From contig MU054100.1 in assembly GCA_013239625.1 (NCBI GenBank), positions 34,580 to 98,579 of the forward strand: DNA of 64,000 nucleotides, in the 5' to 3' direction. The notes under the pieces are model-generated. The model was not told where the DNA came from. It did not search any database and was given only the letters and a program-made list of their open reading frames with translations. This stretch comes from Lama guanicoe. Its lineage: Eukaryota. A program made the translations under genes and the position numbers. Positions 1-10,735 of this stretch are shown here, piece after piece. Positions within the stretch are counted from its first letter, which is position 1. The number at the start of each line of letters is the position of its first letter.

Positions 1-699
1 AGTATTTTCAATAACTGTTTCATTATTCTCCATAGATAGTGTGATAGAATACAAGAGGAAATCTCAATAAAGCACCAAAATTGTGTTATTTTGGGAAGAG
101 TAAGGTAGTTTGAAGTTTGTGTAATGACTGAATGCTGGTCAACTTTTAAAATCAGACTGTGGATTCGTGGATATCTGAGTTTCTCTTTCTTTTCCTATTT
201 TGTCTATATCTTTTCTCTTTTGGATAAATGGTGTAAAGTCAGAAAACTAAGAATGATAGTTGTTTGTTGTATTGTTATAAAAGATAGATGGTAGCTTATA
301 ATATTAAATTCTAGTTCTTTAGGATTATTAAAGAAAGAATGCCACAGGATATAGTATAAGTATGGTTTAAACATTAGTTTGATGTGGAAAGCCCGAAGTC
401 TGATGGCTACATTAGTGTTAAATTTACATGGTTGCTTAACCAATAGCCATAGAGATTCTGCCATGAATTATTTTTACTTTAAGTAGCCTATTCATTTGAA
501 CTAGAATAAAAACATTTTTGGGGAATTTCAAGTTGATTCAGATGTTCAAGAATCTTTCCCTCATCTAAGAACTGTTGTTTTTAGCCAGGAATGGGCAAAT
601 ATGAGAGAAGTAGAGTGAACCATGGCCAAGACCTAGTCATCTGGCTGTCAATGCCAATGTCTACAGAATCACAAACAAAACTGAGTGATGAATATATGT

Positions 700-1350
700 C
701 CAGAATTCTACTCCTAAGTATATAGTGAAAATAATTTAAAACAGCTACTCAAACAAATACATGTCTAAGCGTGTTCTTACAGCACTATTCACAATAGCCA
801 AAAGGTGCTCCTCGCCTTGAATGGATAAACAAATCATGGAAATACATACAGTGGAATATTACCCCATCATAAGTGGAATGAAGTAGTGGTGCATGCTACA
901 ATATCAATCATCCTCCAGAGTATTATGCTAAGTGAAAAAAGCCAGATGCAAAAGATCACAACATATATGATTCCATTAATATAAAATATTCAGAACAGAT
1001 GAATCTGTAGAGATAGAACATAAATTGGTGGTTGCCAGAGTCTGAGGGAGGAATTAATGGGGAGAAACTGTTCAATGGGTAATGGGTTTTTGTTTTGTTT
1101 TTTTTTTTAATGGAGGTACAGGGGATTGAACCCAGGACCTCTTGCTTGCTAGGCATGCACTCTACCACTAAGCTATTACCCTCCCAGGTGAAGAGTTTTT
1201 TTACTTTGGAGTAGTGAAAATGTTTTGAAGCAAGATAGAGTTGGTAGTTGCAAAAACATTGTGATTAACTAAGTGCCACTGAAGTGTTTACTCTAAAATG
1301 GTTCATTTTATGTAATGTGGATTTTGCCATTTAAAATTATTTAAAAAGTA
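700..1350 (+). mobile_element. Old L1 (L1M-type) 3' UTR fragment containing a SINE
   Basis: Typical L1 3' motifs acagcactattcacaatagccaaaagg, atgctaagtgaaaaaagccaga and ggtggttgccagag, with an A-rich end. Confidence 0.75.
1087..1185 (-). mobile_element. tRNA-derived SINE (camelid vic-1-like)
   Basis: The reverse complement is GGGAGGGTAATAGCTTAGTGGTAGAG...GGTTCAATCCC...CCA followed by an A tail, with Pol III A- and B-box-like motifs. Confidence 0.85.
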
Positions 1351-3491
1351 CCAGGTGACAAGGTTGGAGCAGCACCATATCCCATATTTTCAAAATCACA
1401 AATGGTTTAAATACATCTATTACATGAGGAGAGAAAGTGGCGTTTGTCATTATCCATCACTGGGAGCTTGGTGAGGACTGGAAGTAATTTTAGGGTCTTC
1501 TTGGAAGATGAATTCAATTTGCCTCTTATATATATTCAGTTTTATTATGACATTAGATTACGAGAGCTTGTGAAAATCACTTTTAATGACTTGATTCTGT
1601 GCCGTGTGCTGCTTTATTTTCCATGCTTGCCTGAGATTTTAGTTGGTCTCATCGATCCAGCCTCGAAAATGAAAACAGGAAAGTATAAATGATCCTGTTT
1701 TGAAACGTGTTCTCTCTGTGCAATGGGAAGATAATTATACCAATGTGGATGGGCAGATGAGGTTATTCAGTCTCAAGTGCTTTATTTTTGGCTCTTAAAT
1801 CATTTAGAGTAGCCACATATAAATAAAATGATCTGGATAATTATAAACAGTCTTAATATATTGTGTGAACCAATCTGTGCCACTGTTGGTAGTTGTTTGC
1901 ACACATCTATGCTTGGTAAAGCAGGCTCTTTCCAAGATTGTGGCGTAAATATTTAGATTTTTTAGATAAAGAACTTCATTAGGTTTTGGTGGTGTACCTC
2001 TTTGCAAACATCATTTTTTAAGGTTGTGTCTCTATATGGAATCCTCTCTGTGTTGTTGGACAGCCTTTCTGCTGTGTATGTTGCATAAGTGATTTCACAT
2101 CCTTAGAATATCTGTGAAGGGTTAATGTTATTATCTCATTATTGCAAATGAGATAACTGAGGTTCGAAGAAGTTAAGCGAAACCCGCAAGAGGATCAGTG
2201 GTGCTAGGATTCATCCTCACATACTTAGGCTACCTGTGGCTGGGATCCCATTGTACAACTTTTCTTTAGCAAAACGTCTTATGCGCTAGCTCATGCATGA
2301 ATTGCCGAGCTTGCTTGTTGACTGTTCACTTGGCTTCCCTGAAGAATATCTTATCTGTGTGCTCACACTTCTGAGTTAGCCTGTATAGACAAGCTGTCAG
2401 AATGTTGGTGGGAATATTGACATTTAACTGCATGGTGGAAATGGGTATATCAGTTTATAGGACAGCTTAAGTTTTAAAAAAAATCATCCCAGCACCCCAA
2501 GTGAATCTAAGGGTGCTGAATGATGGATGACTGGGGAGGATGCTAAATTTGGGTCATGGGAAACCTGAAAATTTGGGAATTTAAGGAAGGCAGAAATAGA
2601 ACCAAATTCATGTGTCAGTCTAAGTTTTTCAAAATTTGATGTCAGATACCTCTTCCTATACAGGCTTTCTCTCTTCCTCCTGCAGCTTCAGGATTAACTG
2701 TCTTCCACATACCTTGTGTTTTCCTATCACTATACCTTTGTTGACATTTGGATTGCCTGGAGTGCCCTCCCTGGTTGCCACTGATTCTCAGCCTTGCTCC
2801 TTCTGCTTGTTGAAAGCCTTCTGCTCTTAGGCTAGTCCCTCAGAAAGCCTCCTCTTCCTTAAACCACCATAGCAGTCTCTGTTTAAAACATCAATTTGCA
2901 GCTTGAAATTTACTTTTGGACTAGGTGTTATTTTTATGTATTTATAGCTCATCTCTGTTATTAATCATGAGCTGGGAGATGAATAATAATATCTTCACTT
3001 GTATTTATTCCATTATATGCCTTGGACTTGGTATGTGCTCATGAAATAGTAGTTGATAATTTTATAACTCTTGAAGGCAGGGTTTTCTCAAAACATATCA
3101 ATAAAATACCATTTCTGGGAGAGATGCTCTCCCTAAAAGGTAGCCATTGGTCAAATAAGGTTAAAAACCACCACATACCATTTCTATCTCAGGAAGTTTA
3201 CATAGTAGTTGGCATTTTCAACATCCACTGCTCTACAGTAGTGAGACTGATTTTACTATTTTAACCCGTACTTCTAAGCTCACCTTCTAATTTTTAAAAT
3301 AAGAACTCTTCCAATATCTCCTATTCCTCAAAATGTTCTTAGCAAGAAACTGCTTCAAGGTCTTTTTGTATAAAAATTTTGCTCATAATAGTCACAAATG
3401 TGGAAACTGGAGTTTGATACAATCTAGTCTGTACATTTTGTTCGGCCTTTCCACATAGTACTTGGGAAGGCACCCCCCCTTAGTTGTATTG

Positions 3492-3523
<32 letters not shown>

Positions 3524-4591
3524 CTTTGCATGTCCTATACAATTTGGACTCAACCTGAAAATAGATTGAGATTGAAAAGAGAATGGTTGGAACTGGTCTT
3601 TCAGCTTGATTATCTGCTGGAATCTCTATTACTTCTCATAATATGCTTGAAAAGTTTTATTTGTACCTTAAGGGCAATGAGCCTGGCCTCATTTACAAAT
3701 ATGAATGCAGATGTTAGGAGGGGACTGTCTTCTCCCCCAGACTGTGTGGCTCACTGTTAGCTTGTTTTATTTACTTCCTCTGAAAAGAAATATCCATCCC
3801 TTGGAATTAGACCCAGTATTGTTAGTGGGGAAACTCAGTTTTGGAGTCAGAAAGTTTCAATTTAATTCCCAACTCAGGCCTGTGTGACCCTGAGCAGGTT
3901 TTCCTTCCAGAGCCACTGACTCATCATCTACGAAACAAGATGAGTCACTTCTGCCTCCAAGAGCATTTTACAAGGACAGTGCCTGGCCCAGGAGAGATGC
4001 TGCACAAGTATTGGTCCCTTTTTGCAGTTATTTTTTGTGTCAGGTTATGACAGGAGAGTTCCACAGGCATAAAGTCATACGGACAAAGCTGCCTCTCCCC
4101 GTTGTTGCCATTCCGCGTTTCACGGCATTTCTTCAAACCATGAATGGTGTCGCTCTCCTTCACGTCTTCTGTCTCTGTGTGGCAACTGTAGGGGTGGGCA
4201 GGGGTTAGTAAGAGTTGAATTGTTATCTATAAGGGGAATATTTGAATTCTAAAAATAGTGAATAAATAACCTGAAAGAGAGTTTAAAAATTTTTTATTGT
4301 AATCATTTGAGATACGGGAAAGCAACTTACAAATGATCAGTTTAGTCTTATCATCTGTTAATTGTAAAACTCCATCCCCCCATTTTTTATATATACATAT
4401 AATATATATATAATATGTGCTATATATTATTATATATAATACATGTTTATTTATTTTTATATACATTATATATAAATATTTATATATATATAAATACTTT
4501 GGTTGGAATAATTCATCACATCATTCAAAGGGGAATAGTAAATGCATTAGGAGAAACTTCCAACTTTTGTATAAATCCATTATATAATTTT

Positions 4592-4727
4592 GTTTTATTT
4601 TTAATTTTTATTTTTTGGGGTGGTAATTAGGTTTGTTTGTTTGTTTATTGGGGGAGGTACTGGGGACTGAACCCAAGACCTTGTGCATGCTAAGCATGCA
4701 CTCTACCACTTGAGCTATACCCTCCCC
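4592..4727 (-). mobile_element. tRNA-derived SINE (vic-1-like) with a 15-bp target-site duplication
   Basis: tRNA-like head and A-rich tail. The TSD CCATTATATAATTTT is at 4577-4591 and 4728-4742. Confidence 0.9.
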
Positions 4728-5318
4728 CCATTATATAATTTTAGCCATGGGTTCATTTCCATGTGGTTTAGGATTATATATGACTATGCACAAACAGCAT
4801 AAAAGGATCATCGTGGTGACAGTCTTGCTTAAGGTTACATATTTGGAGGTGAAATCACTCAATAGAAAATTAGATTGATAATTTTGGGGAGTGAGTAGAA
4901 TAGATTGTTCAACATATACTGTGGTTTTCAGGCCAACTGACTACTCTGACTCCCATTTTGCAGAAAACCATGTACTTGTTACATGTGGTTGTCAATACGT
5001 GTCAGTCCTGTCTGTCTCCAGCCATCCATGGCTAAACTGTTCCTGGGAGAAGCCCACTTGTCCCTGTGAAGGATGACAAATGGCAGCTTTGCTGCTGTAT
5101 CTACCTTTCTAAATGCCGAATTCTCTCCTGGCAGGTTTTCTTGACATAAATATTATGACTGGCTTAAAAAAATCATTTTTCTGTACTTTATTGGTTTAGA
5201 CACCAGGTGACGTCTTGTGAGCTAAGCTGAAGTAACAGGCAGTGATGAACCTAAAAGTTCCTTGGACTGGCTTTGTTTTTATATTCATCAGCATCTGTCT
5301 TGATCTGGTTGATTGCAG

Positions 5319-5506
5319 GAGATGTATCGGGGAGTCTCTGTCCAGCATCTCCTCCTCCTGAACAGATAGCTTGTGAAATTCCCTGCCGAATGGACTGTGT
5401 GGTGAGTGAGTGGACAGAGTGGTCATCCTGCTCCCAGTCTTGTTCAAATAAAAACTCAGATGGAAACAGACCAGGTCGAGGACTATACTGGCGTTGGCTG
5501 GAGAAG
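5319..5506 (+). CDS. THSD7B: THSD7B internal exon (about human exon 8), TSP1 repeat, with a 1-nt frameshift
   Basis: Acceptor ttgcag|GA at 5318/5319 and donor AAG|GTGAGT at 5506/5507. It reads GDVSGSLCPASPPPEQIACEIPCRMDCVVSEWTEWSSCSQSCSNKNSDG, then continues in a shifted frame as KQTRSRTILALAGE, matching THSD7B as I recall it. The length of 188 nt is not a multiple of 3, although the exon is phase 1 at both ends. Confidence 0.95.
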
Positions 5507-7122
5507 GTGAGTAATAGGAAAGGCTTCTGTTCCCTACATCCAAATGAACAGTTTGTTTTCCAGGTGTGCCTTTTCTCTTTGATCCTCTGCAGGTTCCCAT
5601 ATCGACATGAATTACTTAAGCCCATCCTATATACAGGCTGTGGCAATCAGACAGATGTTAGTTTTTGAAATACTTTTTGGGGAAAAAAATAAAGCTGGGT
5701 TGATATACCTCCCACTTCAGATAGCTCATGCAATTGGGAACCTAATTGGAATATGTCTGGTAAAATGAGTTCCAAATTAGGAGTTAAGAGACATGGCTTC
5801 TTGAACAAGAGCCACCACTGATATTGGTAGGCTACCTGATTTGTGTGCCCTCATCTCCTGTTCTGTCAGGCTAGCCTGTGGTGAGAGGGAGAAAGATGAA
5901 GGCTGTGGAAATGGCTCTGAAGAAGCTAAAATGGTACTATGAGAATGTAAATGGGTGACATCAGAGCAAATGAGAGGAGCTACTCTTCCTATCACTTACA
6001 GCGATGGTCTCAGTCTCCAGACACATGTGTCATTTCTTTCAGGTCCTCCCTCGGCTTTGTGTGCCTACAGCTCAGTTGGAACTGTACAGTAGTATGGCTA
6101 CTGGCTTTGAGGAACTTTTTAAACAAGATTCTGTTCTGTGGTCCTAAGAAATGGGGCCAGGGTCAAGATGAAGGAAGATTTTCATATTCTTAAAGTGCAT
6201 TTGCTTTCTCTTCTTGTCTGTTATACTTCTGGAGGGAGAAAAAGTCAATAGTATTTAATGGGGGAAAAGAAATAACAAGAATAACAAGACCAAGGTCATA
6301 GATCTTCTCCAGCATTTGGCCCACTGAATAAAACATTATAGAGTGGAGGAGGAGGGGGAAAAAAGTCAAGACTTTAGGTAAATACCAGTTTTTACATGGA
6401 TATAAAAATGGGAAAGAAAAGATAGTCATGAAATTTGGTTGTCTGACTCACCCAGGATTGTAAGGGTGCACATCTGTCTGGTCTGCCTGGCAGTGGATAA
6501 CACATTGCCTGGTATTATTTCTGAGTTTAAGGATGGGCTCTCTCCTGCCAAACTTTGAGATTTCTCAATTTCTCAAATAGCAGTAAAATGCACTGCTTGA
6601 TGGAGGATAGAGGTCTTAAAGTGGTTCTCTGAGAGAAAATAATAGTCTCTTAGGAAAGAAAGAGCTTATGTAGGTAATGTGTGTGTATGTGTGTATTTGA
6701 CCTGATACCACTTCAAGGTCATGGGTTACTATAGCTAACTGACTAATTTGTGTAGGCATAATAATATTAAGATAAAAGCAGATTTCTTTGGAGTTTATCT
6801 CAGAAATGCATGACTCAGAGGTGGAAAGTAGAATCAATTGATTTTTTACATCTAATTGACATGCACCATTATCTGTTCTTTGGGAGAGAAGGGTGCAATG
6901 TATTGTTCTCAGGTTGTTCCTCAGGATGAAAGAACCATGACCTTCAAGTTGGAAATGGAGTGACTTGGCTCAGGCCAATGAAAGGTTGTTTCACAAAGGC
7001 CCTCTTTCTAGACCATTTAAACAGTTAAAACAACAAAAAACAAGAACGACAGTAACAACAGCAGCCACATGGCGATAACACCAGTGCCCGCTGTGTATTC
7101 TGTTTGATTTTGGTGTTTGCAA

Positions 7123-7357
7123 GTGGAAAGCCATGCCCCCCTAGTCAGGCCCTCCACGAGTATCGTTCATGCAATGACCATTCTTGTCTGCAACTCTACT
7201 GGGAGACAGCTCCGTGGGGCCCCTGTTCTGAAGACACATTGGTAACTGCCCTTAATGCAACCATTGGCTGGAATGGAGAAGCGACATGTGGCATGGGCAT
7301 TCAGACACGGAGGGTCTTCTGTGTCAAGAGTCATGTGGGACAGGTGATGACAAAAAG
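7123..7357 (+). CDS. THSD7B: THSD7B internal exon (about human exon 9); the homologous acceptor reads AA rather than AG
   Basis: Translates GKPCPPSQALHEYRSCNDHSCLQLYWETAPWGPCSEDTLVTALNATIGWNGEATCGMGIQTRRVFCVKSHVGQVMTKR. Donor AG|GTATT at 7357/7358. The upstream sequence is tgtttgcAA|GTGGAAAG. Confidence 0.95.
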
Positions 7358-10300
7358 GTATTATTGATAATTTATTGAAAGTACATAGGATTATGGCATA
7401 GTTGAATATTTTCAGTCAGAAGCATTTTTCAAGCCCTGAATATGTCTCAATCTGTGCTGGAGTAAGAGATTTTTGTTTTGCTTTGTTTGACTCTTCAGGA
7501 CTTAAAAAATATGCCTCAACCAGAGGTAGACAATTTACTAAGTTGTAATGTGTGCATTAATTAATGGATAACAGTAAATATAATGCCCACCCATATTGAA
7601 TCGTTTTGAGTAACCAGATTTTCTAGAGCTGATATCAGTATTTTTGACTCTTTTTCAGTCACATAAAGACAAGGTCCATGTGAAGGTAGGTTACACACAC
7701 ACTTTGAAAATACAGGGCTATGTTCACTCTTCTTTAGGTCCCGCTGCTCTTGTCTGCACTGAGTAAATCCACACGGTCATTTTAAATCAACTAATTCCTG
7801 CCCTTGAGTAGGCTTACAGTCTCATGCATGCCATACCCTGCACAGGGAGAGGTAAATTAAAAAAAAAGGAGGAGAATGTGGACATGTGGACTAGGATATA
7901 GACATCAGCAAGGATCAGGACAGTTGCAAGTGATGGAGGGAAAAAGAGCACTTGGCTGGAGGAGTTTCTTTAGACCAAATGGGGAGACATAAGTCTTCCT
8001 GCAGTCCATGCAGGAGGGCTCCTGGAAGAGAAAATGTAAGGGACCTGCCTCATGTACAGAGACTGGGTAACTGGCCTGCCATAGAGATTTCCAAGTGGCT
8101 ACATGTGAATGAGTCCCCTTCCAGTGATGGAAGACTCTACTCCAGCCGCAGGGGCAGTGTGGGTCCCCAGGCTGGGCTGGTGCAAACTTGGGTCTAGGGT
8201 CACAAACTAGGCAACTTTGAGCTCTTCCCAAGGCATTTCTAAGTTGGGAAAATGATACCCTCTCTTCTTTCTGATCTTGATGCTTTGAGAGTATGAGTGG
8301 AGAGTTGACATGACTGTGCTCTCGCCTGATGGAAAAAGCAGGAGGAGAGAGTAAAATTGATGCTCAGGAAGAAGCAGAAACTGAAGCAGAACAAATCCTG
8401 GCAGCATCCAGCCCTGGTCCCATCCCCACTGAGGGAGCTGCCTTTCCTGGCAACCTGGGCAACTACATTTGCTCTCATGCCTGCTTCCATCCAGTTTGTG
8501 TTGCTGTCATGGGCAACTCAGACACCTGATTAATCTCATCTTGGGGCACCATGATGACGGACTCTGGGCCTTAGCCACATTGCCATGGAAACCGCTTGGG
8601 TTGTGTATAAGGAAAGTCATAGAACCTGAGCTGCTGATGGCAGAAATAGGGCAGACTGGCCAGATACTGTGGTGTTAGAGCATCTGAGGAGCAGATGGCT
8701 GTGCAAATACAAGAGAAGATAACTAGGGCTGGAAGTGAAGCATAGTCAAGAAGACTGAATCTCCCCCCTCCCAAATGTGGCGTTCAGTAAGCTGGGGTTG
8801 GATGATCTTCACTGTTGCCACCACAGATTTTAGCACCGTGTCTGGCATGTGGTTAGTGTCCATAAACGTTTTTAGAATTTATGAATGAATCAGACCTATG
8901 TGTAGGAAAGTAACAGGGTTTGACATGGAACAGATATGAATTGTAGAAGATTAAAGAAGCTGATGTTTATCCTTTGCTTTAAGAAAAAATATAAAATATT
9001 TAAAAATATAAAAATGTGAAATAGAAAAAGATAAAATCTACCATGATAAATTTTGGCTAAGGGGACTGACACGAAGTGTGATGTGCAGATTGTATGTATG
9101 TCCTTCTGCTCTTATTAAGTCATAAATGTTATTTCTGCTTTAGCATCTAACTCTAAGTTGCTTGTGATACTTTTTGGAATGTCAGTTTACACCAGTGTGT
9201 GTTTCAGTTTACCTGGTGGTAACAAAACACCATGCGGATCAATCGAGTCAGTGAAAGTTTTAGCCAAACATGGACAATAACGTTTGCACATCATTTGGTT
9301 CAGGACATAATCAAATTCATGAGGTTATGGTAAAATTCTGAAAGGCTTATAAAGATACCAAGCAGACAAAAGAACTCTTTTTATCTTGAGACGGATTGCA
9401 GCCTTGATAGTGTTCATTTTTATCATGTAAATTTCCAACTGCTGAAAAAAAGATGCGTGACATATTAGCTTGAATATCCAAATAAAAATTAGTATAGCTT
9501 AGATATAGGAATGGATGCTACATGAAATGCAGCAAACTATTATTCTTTACAGTGATGAGAAAATTGAGCATACTTGAAGTATGAGCTCTCTTCCAGGTAA
9601 TGTTTCACCTCTGAACCACAACAGGAAAAATCTACTTGATGTGAATGCAGTTTATTTTTTTGTCTTAGCAATGGAGCATTAGAATTGAGACCGACAGCTA
9701 CCAAAGACATTATCATCACATTTCAAACACTATTTGGACATGAAAAGTTGGATTATATGTTCAAACAGACCCCTATTTCCTTGTCTGGCTTTCTGATTAC
9801 TATAATGACAGTTTTTTATAAAGTCTCTAAGCCCATCAGCTTATTCAAAGGTTAACTTAATGATATTTTGTCAGAAGAAAAATCACAGGGCCAACAGTTT
9901 ATAGTTTAAAGCACAATTCACAAATGCATATGCATTTGTTTGATAATTTACGTGAGACTAAAAATATCATCATGACAATGAATAACCTCCAGTTTTGCTT
10001 GATTTTCCAACACAAGAAAATTAATTGCACATATGTTTTCCCTAAAACACACACACACACACATACTTTTTTTTTTTGCACTTTTAATGAGGCTGGAGAC
10101 TTAACAACCTAGTTTTAGTTTTTACTGTATGTCTCCAAACAGTCCTGCTCAACAAGGGAAGCCTGCATTGACTTAAGAAAAGTTAATTAAAATTCTTGAG
10201 GTAATGAGATTAATTGAGCTAAGAAAATAATACCTAGTATCCAGTGGAGCACATAGTGAGATAGAAGATCAGCGGTAGAAAGTATCCTTTGCTCTGTCGT

Positions 10301-10643
10301 TTCAGAAAAATACACTTTTGCTCTTTTTGATGTGAAAGCCATTGTAGTGGAAAAAAATCCCCTCCCTTTTGTGAAATCCTGGGGGTGGGGGTGATGGCAA
10401 TAGAAAGGGAAGAGGAAAATATCCTCAAGAAAGAGTGGGCTTCAGGGTAGAGAGAAAGAAGCATGTCTCCATGGACTGGATGGGCTAACATCATGTGCTC
10501 TAGCCCTAAACCCACTGCACTGGGATGTACAGAATTCCTTGCAAGTTCTTGCTTCCCTAGGGTGGTGTTTTGGTTTCCACGTAATTGTATAGGTTGCCAT
10601 TGTATGTGTAATAGAATTGATTTTATCAGAAAATGAGGACTAG

Positions 10644-10735
10644 GGGTGTGGGTATAGCTCAGTGACAGAGCACGTGCTTAGCACTTAGCATGCATGAGGT
10701 TCAGTCTCCAATACCTCCATTAAAAAAAAAAGAAA
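10644..10735 (+). mobile_element. tRNA-derived SINE (vic-1-like) with a 16-bp TSD
   Basis: GGGTATAGCTCAGTG head and A tail. The TSD AGAAAATGAGGACTAG is at 10628-10643 and 10736-10751. Confidence 0.9.

Noticed and set aside
1110..1185. tRNA-like sequences (also at about 4655-4727 and 10644-10720)
   Set aside because: A-rich tails, TSDs and degenerate stems indicate SINEs rather than tRNA genes.
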